DNA of 52,121 bases, filler included, from Thelocarpon superellum (Eukaryota): NCBI GenBank assembly GCA_026025795.1. It is 2 parts of 2 records of this genome, joined end to end, with 100 filler letters (N's around TTAATTAATTAA, not from the genome) between each part and the next. Parts side by side here need not be neighbours in the genome. Positions count along the whole stretch, not along the records: positions 26,169 to 52,121 come from JAPEUG010000260.1; 1 more part is not named here. One strand, 5' to 3'. Positions 34,965 to 47,763 of this stretch are shown here, piece by piece. Numbering within the stretch: the stretch's first letter is position 1; every line of letters begins with the position of its first letter. The notes below the pieces were generated by a model. That model saw only the letters and a list, made by a program, of their open reading frames with translations, was not told where the DNA came from and searched no databases. Made by a program: the position numbers and the translations under genes.

Positions 34965-37900
34965 CTACCGAAACCATGCAAAGACTTTCTTCGAGCCGTC
35001 GGTCGGCATGCCGACGGGTCCTTCAAGCCGAACACTCCGATCATATAGCTCCTGAAGGTGCAGCCCACGTCAATAGGCATTGACCAATGAGGGGTGCGCG
35101 CGCAACTCACGTCATCGTCTTTGTGAATCATGCCCTCGAGCACAAGCCGCTGGGCCTCAGTGCTCCGAGGGAGTTCAAGATAGGGGGTGCCTTGACTCTT
35201 TTGGATGCTAACGATGACTTCACCCATCATCTCAAACTTCTTCCAGTTGATGCGCGTCTCCGCCTCGTCAAAGAACGTGCGATTACCCTCCTCGGCCGAG
35301 ACGAGATCACGCCGGTGCAGGGGCAGAAAGGGGATGCGACAAGTGGACGTGTTCTCCCACGCGAGCCGATAGGCGAAGTGGCTTTTCTGCGTCCCCATCA
35401 GGATCTCTAGTCGCATGAAGTCCTTCTGTATCGATTGCGCCACCAGTTCGCGCGTCTGCGCCAGCCGGTGCACCGCGTTTGCATTGATGCCGGCGATGAC
35501 GGCGCCGAGCGAGTTGTAGTTGTTGCTCTGCCGCAGTTTCTGCCCGAATCCACGTCAGGCCTGCACCCGGCGTGACCGCCAGTCGGCGGGAGGGCGGACA
35601 CCACTTACCCAGGCAATAGTCATGAATTTCTCCAAGGCCTGTGCACGATGCTTGGGCTTATCACGCAAGAGGATCATGTTGGAGACCCAGTAGGCGACGT
35701 GGTTGAAGTGGGTGATCATCCGATTCACGTTTTCCAGGCTTTTGCAGGCCTCCTTCTGGCTGGAAGACAAGCTGACATGTCGCACGAGATCGCGCGGTCG
35801 GATGGAGCTGAACATGATCCAGTCAATGCGTGTCATCTCCTCGGCGATGTCTTCCTCGAGCATTTCCATGAAGACGTGCCACTGAATCTTGGTGAGCGGG
35901 ATGCGCGGGTTTGGCACCAGTCTTTGCGCCTCCCGATCTGCATTCTCCGCGGCATTCAGCAACGTCTGGAAGGAGCCGCCGGACCAGTGCGCCGAGGCGC
36001 CTCCACTAGATGAGCTCGAGGGGGCACCCGAGGTCCGCGTCGAGCGGACGCCCTCGTCCTCCGGGCTGGGCGCCCCTCCCTCCACGCCGAACATGGCTTC
36101 GTCGGCGCTCGCATCGGAAAGGATGGTCGAGGCCGTGCTGCGCGCCGAGATGGGATGGTGTGACAGGTCGAGGTCGACGGATTTGGCAGGATCAGGATCG
36201 GACTTGGCCCAGCAGTCGTCGTCGTCGTCGACGACGACCTCGAGCTGGGACCGCATCTCCTTGGCCGACACGGCGAAGGCGCGATTGTGCGACAGGCTGG
36301 CGATGAAGCGACTAAGCCGTTGCCGGGTGCGGGGACGGGCGAAGTCGCCCGGGTAGCCAATCACCCACTGTGTCATGATGGCGAGGTGACGTAATTGGGC
36401 GCTGATGCGGATCATATGTTGCTGGTCCTCCTGTTCGAGCTCGTCGAAGCGCGCCAGCATGGCGTCCAGCAGCTGTCCCGGCGTGGCAAACTTGCGATAG
36501 AGGCAGAGGAAGATGGCGCCGAAGTTGGCGTCGGATTTGGAGAGCGGCTGGGCGAGAAGGCGATCGACCAGCTCTTTAAGGGTCTGGCCGGCGGTGCGGA
36601 TGCGCGCACCCGCCTTGCCATCGTCCTCGCGATCGAGGATGGGGATGTCGTCGGAGACACGGTAGGCCTCATCGAGGTCGTCGTCCATGATGAGGAAGGA
36701 CTGCACGACCGGCGTCGTCGGCGCCACAGCGGCCGTGTCGGCGGTTGTGGCGGTCGTGGCGGAGGACGATGACCGCTTGGATCGGAGGGGGGTGTGGGCG
36801 ACCACGGACAGGCGTGGGACGTAGACGGAGCTCGCGGGAGTGTTGGTGGTGGTGGAGAATGTGGTAGCGGTGGCGGCGATGCTGGCGGTGGCGGTGGTGA
36901 TGGTATTGATGGATTCGTTCAGGCTCGATCGAGCGAGTGCATCGCTGCCCTTGCTGCTGCTGCTGCTGCGACGTGTCTTGGAGGGCGACTTCCGCGACGC
37001 GGGCGGTGATGATGGCAACGGCGCAGTCGAGCTCCGGTTGTAGCTCTGGCGACGACTGGAGCCGACGGTCCCGGAGCCAGTGCGAGCGGTGGCGGCGCTG
37101 GTGCTGGGCGTGGAGGAGCTGCTACGGTGGCTGACGCGACCGTCTGGGGGATCTCTCGAGGTCGTGACCGTGGTTGGCGAGGGTGAGGGTGCGGCCGAGG
37201 GTGCAGCCGAGAGGCCCAGTAGTGAAGGCGCGGCGGCCGAAGATCGAGGCGAGTTCCCTGGTCGGCGGGAATGGGACCTTGCAGGCGCCTCGTTAGCGTG
37301 CGAAGGGCCTGAAGCTTCCGAGCTCCAGTGCGAGCTCAGGCCTGCGCCCAAGCTCCGCTGACGCGAGAGCGACACATCAGAGCTGGCCCGCTCATGTTTC
37401 GAGGTCCGCGTCCGCGGCGGCGACGATGAGTACGCCCGCTCCGTGGGCGTGTCCGAATTGGCGCGTCGGTGACTGATGCGTAATTGGGCGGCTCCTGTCA
37501 GAAGGGGGTGACGTGTTAGCATGTCCGCTTCGTTACGAAGCAATCTACTTTTAGTTACGAAACGTGGGACCGTGTAGGGCGCGGTGCGCTCCCTCCGACC
37601 TCGTCTTAGCCTCCACGGCGCCCGCGGTCGGTCGGGTGGACACGAGGGCTAGGCATTTGCTAGGCGGGAACGCTCGGGTCTGAAACCAACCGGGGATCGT
37701 CTAACTCACCACCCTTCCGAGCCACGATCCGCTCGATGAGCGCCGCGATGCAGCGCTCTTGACTGCCAGCCCGATTCGCCGCGGTCTGCAGCGATGACAC
37801 TCCCCCCAAATTTGCTCCCGCTCGAGCAATGAGCTCGGGGTCGAACTGGCGTGACAGTTTCGCGATGTCGGTCTTGCACAACACCAGCATGGACGGCACC

Positions 37901-38963
37901 GCGGCGTCGGATAAGACACCTGTGCACCACAAGGGTCAGCCCTGCGCAGCATGGTGGACGCGACCGCTGCGCCGGATGTCTCCGGGATCCCACTTACTCA
38001 AAGTCTCCGGTACTGCCGCAATGCTCAGATGATTCGTGACATCATACAGCACGAGCGCGCCATCGATAGGCGGTCGACCAGCCAGCCAGTTCGGCGTCAG
38101 CGTACCGCACTCATGCAGCCTGAGGGTGTAGCGGGCGCCGTCAAAGGAGACGGGCCGCACCGCGATCGTGGGTGGTCGGGCACGTGGAGCGCGGCCGAGG
38201 GCGAGGGCGAGGTCAATGAAGGTCGACTTGCCGACGCGAGGTGCGCCCACGATGACGATGTCGAGCTCAGGCATGTCTTCATCGGTAGCACCCTGCACCC
38301 GCATGCCACGCCATCAGTAACGTGAGCCAAGGCTGAGGGACTCGGCGCGGATATGGATGCAGCGCCGAATATTACCGGGCCGCCATCACGATTACGTGCT
38401 TGACTCACCTCGTCAGGATCGATCATAGTGAGCGACGGCAGCGGTTTGCCGTCGGCGCCAGGGGCCGCCTCCAGACATGGGAAGGTCAGCGGTCGGGGTA
38501 GGAAGTCGACGGAGGCGGCCGAGTCTCCCCCGGCGGCGATGGCGCTGGCCAAGCGACGCGACTCGGGTGACTGGTAGGTGCGAAAGAAGGGATCGTTACT
38601 GATGGACGTGATGGACGTGATGGACGACACCGAGTCCGTGGACTCATGCGTCTTGATGCGGCCGCTGGCGGAGCGACCCTTGGGAGCCGATGACGGAGCG
38701 CCGCGGGTGCCGTGGGCAGCATTGGCCCCCGAGCTCGTCCGGACGTGGGTCGAGGATCGCCGGGCGCCGTCTCGGGTCACGGATGACGCGGGGAGCGGCG
38801 CGGCAGTGGCCTGCTCGGACTGCCTGCTGGTACGACGGGCGGAGGCGGACGAGGAGGAGGAGGACTTTTTGGCGGAGTCACGGCGGGGCCGATGGAGGGG
38901 GCTCGAGTGCATAGGCGTAGCGACGTCGGTCTTGACTGCCGTTGCATCGGTTCCGGGTGCCAT
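34965..38963 (-). CDS. Ras guanine-nucleotide exchange factor (REM + CDC25-like) with N-terminal Ras-like P-loop domain
   Basis: IVIVGAPRVGKST, GALVLYDVT, LVLCKTD; REM ELVDRLL...FLCLYRKFATPGQLL; GEF IAEEMTRIDW, ALEKFMTIAW-KLRQSNNYNSL, IPFLPLHRRDL, INWKKF; multiple introns. Confidence 0.88.
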
Positions 38964-41193
38964 GGCGCGATCACGAGAAGGGGTCGGTGGCGGCGCGGAC
39001 GAGGTTCACCTCTCGACCCGTGAAGGTGGACGTGCCCGTGGGCGTGGGCTCGGGCTCGACTGCGGCTCGGGTGTCACTGTTCAGAGGCCCGCTGTATTAG
39101 ACGCGGGCATTGGACCCCTCGTTCCAGCTCCAGCTCCTGCACACGCCGCTCTCCTGACTCCTCACGCCTCACCACGCGCGCGCGGTCGTCGGCGGCCGCG
39201 ACGGTCGATGGGGTCCACAAGGGATCGAATGCTCGAAGCGGTGGGGGCGGGGTTGGTGCGGATCACGCATGGCCCAGGGCACAGGGTGGCAGCGCAATTG
39301 ACTCAGGCGTGGGTCGACCGATGCGTCGTTGGTGGCAGGTGTCGATCAACCGAGCGTAGGCCATCGTGGGGAGTAGTACTACTTGGAAAGAGATGAAGGC
39401 CTAGAATCGTGGGCCTTTCCAAGACGGCCAGATTGGCCAACGACGGAGTTTGGGTGGGGCCCACGGCTGCCCCGGTCCAGCGCCCCATCAACCAACCAAG
39501 GGCCGGGCCCCGGCCTCTACCGGGTAGGTGACAAGTGCGTACCCCTATGGACGTACTCGTCGCTCGCGAGACATGATCCACCCCGCTACGGTAAGCGATC
39601 GGGCAAGTCCTGTATCAGACCCGGTACGCTTGGGTCTTGCTCGAGCAAACCTCTCCTCGTTCCTCTATCCACACGTTCCTGGCGGGAAATGTCACGTTCA
39701 GACGTGGTCCACGCCGCGAGTCCGCGATGCACCATTGCGCCTGTTTTCTTGAATCCACAAACTATCCCTGATCGGATTGGCTTGGCTTGATCAATACCTC
39801 GCACCCCTCGCTTCGATTGCACCGATCCGACAATGGCTTATCGAAGCCTCGTGTCGGTCGCTTGTGGTCGAGGTGAGGGGCCTCCATCGATGAGACGGTG
39901 CGCCCCGAGCTCTCATGGGAGACTTCCGACGAAGCTATGCACACATCCAGCTGTACATACAATAGAGTAATTCAACATAGTCACGCATGACCAGGATCGG
40001 CCTCTACTGAGAATCGAGGCGGTCTCTCGTCTCCTTAGCAGGCTGAGACTTCTCCTCAGGGGGAGGACAAGGCCCGCGCTCACATCCGCCTCTAGGTTCA
40101 CGAGTAGGCGGCGCGCAGTAGCCCGTAAACCACGGCTGCTAGCCGTCCGTCGGAGCCCAAAGGGGACAGCGACAGTCATCTTGTCTGCTGCTGCGCCGGG
40201 ATCCTCAAGATGCACACGCCGTGCAATGACGCGAGGGAACAAGTGCCTCCAAGTGCCTCGGTGCGTTTGGGTGGATCGAGTGTATCGAATGCGTCGACTC
40301 GGCTTCCAACACCTGTCGATGCTGGTTGCAGACTGGCTACTGGCCGCTCGACGCTCGAGGTAATTGCGATGAACGCCACGAGACATCCTTCCCCACCACG
40401 CCCGAACATGGTAAGACAGCCTCCTTTCGTGACTGGCGTGGTCCGTCCTGGGGGAGTGGATGTGCGCTGCTGCTGCGGCTCATCTTGAGTCGGATTGCGG
40501 TATCCGGTACGCTGATGATGCGGGGCGCCAGAGCGTTCCCAAGGGTCCACGGTACTTGAGCTGTCAAGGACGACACCACTGGCCTGACGGTCGCATGACC
40601 TCGCCTGCAGAGCCAGCCACAAGCGTGGCCCCCTTTGTTCGCTACGGTCAGGGCGGCTCCGGGCGCGGCGTCGCCCAGCTTCCCGTCGATCTTGACCGTG
40701 CGGAGTGCAGCTTGGCTTGGCTTGGCAGCGGCCGCAAGGTGTCTCCGTCGGTACGTACTTAGCACTACGCACGGACGACGCATGACCGGGAGGTCGTTCA
40801 TCTTTTCGGCGCCGCCCACCAGTCAAAAGGTGCGCCACTACGGTCAAGGCCGGAGCCCCCTTGCGCTACGCCCGCCCATGACAACCAACCGCCTCACACA
40901 CCGTCTCTGACCGTGACTATGGCGTTCACGGTTAGGGTCTTGAGGCCGCTCACGCTTTGGGCGGTGGTGCCACCATCGATGGATGCGTCCTCGTTGGCCG
41001 GGCCCGACTCATCCGCGCCCTCCGCGGATATAAAGGCCGTCGATGCCCAGTAGCTTCAGATTTGCCTACAACCCTTAGCATTCCCGCGTCCCGACCTTTG
41101 GCCCAGGTTCTCACTAGCCAGTTGACGGAGATGGCGTATCGTGGTTTGTGACGCGCCACAGCCCTGGATGGATGACCGTCCACGGTCGCCCCC

Positions 41194-42126
41194 ATGACAG
41201 ACCCAGCGAGCGCGAAGAGCTGCCCCTCTCATCCCTTTGCCCGCCCCCGGGACCCACGGGTGGAGCCGGCGCACCCGATGGCCCCACATGTCAAAGTCAA
41301 GGTCGGGGAACCATTGGACGTGGAGGAGCTCTGTCGCCGGTTGCGGGTGCAAGAACGGCGGCAGCGTGACCAGGCGGAGCGACGACGGCGCCGTGCTACC
41401 AAGGACCTCGGCCAGCGCCAATACCATCATATTCCGCAAGTTGCTGCGCAAGACTTCGCGCGAACCGCAACGCCAGACACCTTCAGCAAACGGGAAACCC
41501 ATCCGCTGTCACGCCAAGTAATGGACCGCTTCCGGAATAACGTGGTCCATCCCAAGGCTCTCTCCGCCACCGGCTTGGCTGCGGCTTTGGAGCGGGCTCA
41601 GGCCGAGCTACGTGAAGCCGCGGAGCGAAATCAGTTTCAACGCTCGCGAGCGCTCGAGGAGGCCGCCCAGGCGGACAAAGATCGAGACCTCCACCGGCCG
41701 CTGAAGCGTGACTTTCGCCGCTTGTCTCATCTCATGCCGCAAGGCCATGGCCACAACCGTCGTCGTTCGTTCAGCGCCGGCGATGCTGCCGTTACCGCGA
41801 GCGACATCGACACAGGGGAAGGGCTCGTGCCCATGACCGCCAAACGGAATCCGCGACACTCCATCCACGTGGAAGACCGTCACGACTGGTCGCAGAATGA
41901 CGAAAGCGAGCGAGAACGACGCCCGTCTTTCCGCGAACGCGTGTCACCCCTCATCAAAAAGACGGAGGCCATATTCATCTCCAAATCAAAGAGAGACCGC
42001 TGCACGGCCGAAGTCGAGGCCGAGACCGAGCCCGAGCCCGAGCCCCCACCCGACGCCGCGGCCGTGGAGCCGGAAGAGGTGGCAGAGAGCGCGAGGCTAT
42101 CCACCCTGGTCCCCATGGAAACATGA
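41194..42126 (+). CDS. Hypothetical protein (310 aa), charged/helical
   Basis: Long intronless ORF with protein-like composition (GEPLDVEELCRRL, YHHIPQVAAQDFARTAT, ERNQFQR, DRHDWSQNDE); no family recognised. Confidence 0.65.
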   Translation: MTDPASAKSCPSHPFARPRDPRVEPAHPMAPHVKVKVGEPLDVEELCRRLRVQERRQRDQAERRRRRATKDLGQRQYHHIPQVAAQDFARTATPDTFSKRETHPLSRQVMDRFRNNVVHPKALSATGLAAALERAQAELREAAERNQFQRSRALEEAAQADKDRDLHRPLKRDFRRLSHLMPQGHGHNRRRSFSAGDAAVTASDIDTGEGLVPMTAKRNPRHSIHVEDRHDWSQNDESERERRPSFRERVSPLIKKTEAIFISKSKRDRCTAEVEAETEPEPEPPPDAAAVEPEEVAESARLSTLVPMET

Positions 42127-43220
42127 CGAAATCGCATACCATGGATTTGTTTGGCATCCGGCGTTTAGTATCGGTTCGTATATTTTTACATGCATGCCTC
42201 ACGGATGGATTGGTCTTAGTTAGGTGGGAGTCTTGACGTGTTTATCACGATTGTACTATGCTCACGTAGACTCCGTAAATGGGTTCAACGACTGCTACAT
42301 CCCTCTCCAAAGACTTGACGGCGATGTGGGTGCATTAGATCACTGTGGTGTCATCTCCTCATATGGTCTCGATTGGAAAGACCCTGACATGTGGTGTACC
42401 TCTTGGTAGAAAGGCTGAGGAAATTGAGCAGGGAACATCCTGACAACCCGCACCCAATCGCACGACTTGGCGTGTCCATTCAATCTTGCACCAGGTCAGG
42501 AATCCGCTGTCGGTCGGGACTCCTCCCTCGCGTACGAGGATTACCTCGTGCGAGATTCTTCGTGCCGACTCGGAAAATCTTGCGGTGCGTGGGGGAGCCG
42601 CCTATGCACTTGAAATTCGCGTGGCTCTTACACTTGGATTGTGCGGATTTCAGCTGCACGAACTTGACCTAGCAGTACTACTTAGTTTGTGCAGCTGAGA
42701 TCCGCACATTCAGGAAGTCACATCAGATGAATTGCCCCAGCTCATCGCAACGTACTCGCGTCCCTTGAACGGTCCTGGAGGGCGATGTAGTGAGCTACCA
42801 CGGGGTTCCCAGAGGGTCCCCCACAACTCATTGGGTTACGTTCATAGACTCGGAAACTCCTCTCGCTTTGCCCGTCAGCCGTAGAGAAATATCTCAGGCA
42901 CACAGCTGCCATAGTGCTAATAGATTTTCTCACCTACCCTCAACGTAGATGGCAATTCTCCCGTGAAAGCAGGGCGATTTGTTACGACTACCAGTACTGA
43001 CCATGTAGGAGGGCAGTTGGGACGAAATGTATTCCGAGGACGACATCGATGCGGGAGGGAGGAATGATGTCATCCAACACCATCCCTACTAACAAGACAC
43101 AGCCGAGTACGCGCCGATGAGTAAACAATTGGACAATCTCGTAGACAATTCGCTTTTCACAACTCCGACTCGAGGAGGATCACCGGTGTTCTACCCGTCA
43201 GTGCCGACAGATCGGTGACC

Positions 43221-46200
43221 ATGGTCATCCTCGGCGATCAAGAGGTGTTGTGCGAGGAAGAGAAGCGGCTGCGAGAAGATACCAAAAGAAGCAAGTACTG
43301 GAAGCGCTGGGGACCGTACGTCGCCGAGCGACAGTGGGCAACGGGTACCTCCCCAATCTCACCAGTCCTCGCGTCGTGCTGATAGATAACCAAACAGTCC
43401 GGGAAGATTATTCGTGAGTGATGATCCATCCGGTGGCGTAGCGGGTGGTATTGATTCGTCCCCAGCGGAAATGGCGATGCGTGGACGTGTGCGTGAACCT
43501 TCCGCGGGCAATGTCATAGAAGGACCCTTACGCTCATCCGGTCTAGACTTCCCTCACGACCATGCCCGCTCACGCGCCTTTCGATGGGGTGAGGATGGTA
43601 TCGCGGGCGTGTCCGATTCCCATGGGCTTCAGAACGTAGCCTTTAGCTTCTGGAACGAGCAAGAGTCTGATCATGGGTTCCCCCAAAGCAAGCCGTGATG
43701 CTGACGCCTTTCAGTGACTTTCTCAAGGAGCGTCTCTTTGGATTGTCGAACCCCGAAGGAAACCACGGCGAGAGTATTAAGGAGGCGCACTTTCACCTCG
43801 ACAATACGCCCACGCATTCCTACATGAAGTTTCTGTACAAGTATCCCCAACGCAAGTTTCCCTACGCGCAACTTCGGGAGGAGAACGCACGGCGTGGGAA
43901 AAAAGATCCCGAGTACACTCTGATCGACACGGGGACCTTCCAGGAAGACCGGTATTGGGACATCTTCATCGAGACGGCTAAGGAGAGCGACGAAGAGATG
44001 CTCTTCCGCGTCACCGCCTACAACCGTGGACCAGAGCCAGCCCCGCTTCACATCGTTCCGCAAGTCTGGTTCCGGAATACATGGGAGTGGGGTCGTGAAG
44101 CGCCGGCCAAGAAGCCGTCGATGCGCCGGATCGACCCGAAGGTTGTGCATACGAAGCATTGGAAGCTCGGAGAGCGCTTCTGGCAGCTGTCGCCGTCGCC
44201 TGCCATTGGGAGCAGCGGAGAGGACATCCATCCAGAACTGCTCTTCACCGAGAACGATACCAACGTCGCACTTCTCTACGGTGGGGAGAACAAACAGCCC
44301 TACGTGAAAGATGCCTTCCATCGATATATCGTCGATCAGGAGCGTGCGGCCGTCAATCCACATCAACGGGGCACCAAAGGAGGCGCGTGGTACGCCTTTG
44401 ACGAGGGAGACGGGGTGGCTCCAGGTGACTGTGCCGTCGTCCGCATGCGGCTGTCGCAACGGCACGAGGAATACCTCGACGAGGAGCTGTTTGACAACAT
44501 CATCGAGAAGCGGCGGGCGGAGGCCGACGAATTCTTCTGGCGCATCAGCCCGCTACCGATGACGGACGATCTACGGAACATCCAACGGCAGGCACTCTCC
44601 GGCATGCTCTGGTCCAAGCAACACTACTACTTTGTGTGGGATCATTGGGCGAATGGCGATCCTGGCACGATGGCGCCGCCGGCGAATCGAAAGGGAATCC
44701 GCAACGAGCAGTGGAAGCACCTCCACCTGGACGACGTGCTATCGATGCCAGACTCGTGGGAGTATCCCTTCTTCGCGGCCTGGGACACGGCCTTTCACTG
44801 TATCCCGTTGGCCATGGTGGTAGGTAGGAGTGCCCTGCGAGAGAGGAAGCGTGTGTGGCTTACCTGCAGGACGCAGGATCCGGACTTCGCCAAGCGGCAG
44901 CTCGATCTACTCACCCGTGAATGGTACATGCATCCGAATGGACAGTTGCCGGCGTATGAGTGGAATTTCAGTGACGTCAATCCGCCCGTGCATGCGTGGG
45001 CAGTCTTCAGGTGCCTCGATCGCTCCCCATGCGTGCCGTCCGGCCGACTGACCGAGCCAGGGTCTTCAAGATCGAGCGGAAGATGTACCGACGGCAAGAT
45101 CTGGACTTTCTCGAGCGCGTCTTCCAGAAACTGCTCCTGAACTTCACCTGGTGGGTGAACCGGAAAGACTATGACGGCAAGAATGTGTTCGAGGGGGGCT
45201 TCCTCGGCCTTGACAACATCGGGCTGTTCAACCGATCGGAGCCACTGCCGACCGGAGGCGTGCTCGAGCAGGCAGACAGCACGGGGTGGATGGCCTCGTA
45301 TTGCTTGCATATGCTCAACATCGCGCTCGAGCTGGCCAAGCACCGCCGCATCTACGAAGACAGTAGGTGCCACTTGAGCGGAGCAGGGAGGGCGCTGACC
45401 CTCGATCAGTTGCGTCCAAGTTCTTTGAGCATTTCGTTCTGATCAGCGACGCACTGACGTTTCGGGCGGGTGAGAAGGAGGCATCGCTGTGGAACGATGA
45501 AGACGGGTACGAGGGGATTCTCGCTCGCGCCGCTGATACCTGACGTGCCTCAGCTTCTATTACGATGCCATCTCCTACGGTGGGCCGTGGACGCAACAGC
45601 TGCCGGTCCGATCGTTGGTGGGATTGATCCCGCTCTACGCCGTCATCACGCTCGAGCCGGAGCTGGTGGATAAATTCCCTTCCTTCAAGCGCCGGCTGAC
45701 TTGGTTCATCGAGAACCGGCATGATCTGGTGTCGCGCAACATCGCCAGCATGAAGCAACGCGGCAAGGGGGATCGGCTGCTCCTTTCCTTGGTCAGCCGC
45801 GAGCGACTGGAGAAGATCCTGCGGCGGATGTTGGACGAGACGGAATTCCTGGCGGAGCACGGGATCCGATCCTTGTCGAAGCATCACCAAGCGCACCCCT
45901 ACTCGATGGAGGTCAACGGGCAGCAGTTCAAGGTGGAGTATGTGCCGGGTGACTCGGACAGCGGGCTCTTCGGCGGCAACAGCAACTGGCGCGGGCCGAT
46001 CTGGATGGCGGTGAACTTCTTGCTTATCGAGTCGCTCTTGCGCTTCTACATGTTCTACGGGCAGTCGCTGCAGATCGAGTGCCCGACGGGGTCGGGCGAC
46101 TACATGCACCTGGGGCACGTGGCGGAGGAGCTGCAGCATCGCCTGCAGCATCTCTTCGCCCGGAGCGACGACGGTCGCCGGGCCGTCAACGACGGAAACG

Positions 46201-46741
46201 ACATGCTCGACTTTGACCCGCACTGGAAGGACTACCTCTGGTTCCATGAGTTCTTCGACGGCGACACGGGGCGTGGCCTGGGCGCCAGCCATCAGTGCGG
46301 ATGGACGGGGCTCATCGCCAAGATGATCCACGATACGGGGTAAGGAGAGGACGTTGCATGGGAGCTCGGGCATCTGCTGACCACGGCGAGAACAGGATCA
46401 ACTGCCGTCTGCCACAGACGCCGCGCACGCCCTCCACGGCGGCAGCCCACTATTTTGATGACGTCTTCACCCGCCATCTCGGGTCGCGCTCGGCAGCATC
46501 GACGCCGACACCGCGCCACATGCGGCGGTCGTCGACGACCCGATCCATCGGCGCGCGGAGCGACCTGAATGGGTCGGTGGACGGTGACGCCGAACACACG
46601 GAGACCGCACGCGCGGAGATGGCCGAGGCCGACCGGCACGTGGCCACGTACGTGACGAACGAACTCGAGCGCATCCGGAGCAACGATCTCGCTGTCTCTG
46701 TCGCTGAAGATGAGTTTGAAGCGCAGCTGGATGGCCAATGA
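43221..46741 (+). CDS. Glycoside hydrolase family 63-like (YMR196W/MGH1-like) glycosidase
   Basis: [109 protein letters not shown]; about nine introns. Confidence 0.88.
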
Positions 46742-47111
46742 GCACGACAGGCCGTGGCGAGACGTGGGACATACCGCGGCGATTGATCGATCTGAGCTTC
46801 TCCAAGCCACCGGGGTTTACCCGACGATGCGGGCCATCAACACATTGCTCTCTTGTCCCGTTCATTCGTTCCATAGAGTAAGGAAAATACAAGTCATTGA
46901 AGGTAATGCATGTCTAGACGGAGTGCACAGTGGGCGCAGCACCGCGTTGAATGGGGAATAGTGTGTGGAATCTGGGTCCGCAGCTTGCGATTGCCCAAGG
47001 CTTTCCGTGGCCTGTAACGTCGGGCGTCTGAGCCAGATGCTGGCATCGCTCCAGGGCGACGGCCCGACTTGGGTTTAGGTAAGAGAAATTAAGCGACAAG
47101 GACCGTCTTCC

Positions 47112-47159
47112 GGGTAGGCTTGGTCTCCTATGGAGGGGTAGGCTTGGTCTCCTATGGAG
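47112..47159. repeat. 24-bp tandem duplication (GGGTAGGCTTGGTCTCCTATGGAG)2
   Basis: Two exact adjacent copies. Confidence 0.92.
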
Positions 47160-47763
47160 GCGTGGGATGCCGGGGCAGCGAGAGCACTAGGGTAACCCCT
47201 CGCCGCTGTCATGCACCAATGCCGATGTCTTTTCGCCCAGAGAGCTCATCCAGGGTCCGACTCCCCGATGGCGCTTGGACCAGGTCGCCAGCTTCCATGG
47301 CATCCCACCTTGGGCACACCAAACCACCGTCGACCGGTTTCACCCCGAAACGATCTCGGCGGTGCTCCGGTCATGCGGCTGCTATCTCTTCCCATCAAGG
47401 CTCCCACTGCCGACAATGTACTCAATGCCCTCCTGCGGTCAGCATCCACTCCATTGTTCCACACCACACTTGGTGATTCGGACTGTCCTCTCATCATGTC
47501 CTGGCCGGGGGTCCCTTTCCCGGCGTTTGGCAGCTTCTTACGGCCTGTTCTACGATCGTCTTGGTGGCACAATGCATGGCGTTTGCCTTCGCCCCCGGTA
47601 CCGTCGGTTTCTGTTTCCGCCTAGCCTGCGCTCTGGCCTGTGGCCCTGTCTCCCTGCACGGCCGCCGGCGTCATATAAGGGGACGATGACCCCAAAGACG
47701 GCGCACAATTGTCGTAGAAGGGTTGTGCTCCGGTGGGCCTGCCCTTGATCTCCCCCCGCCGCC

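Noticed and set aside
47112..47159. 24-bp direct repeat as a CRISPR-like array
   Set aside because: Only two adjacent copies with no spacer, in a eukaryotic context; a simple tandem duplication.
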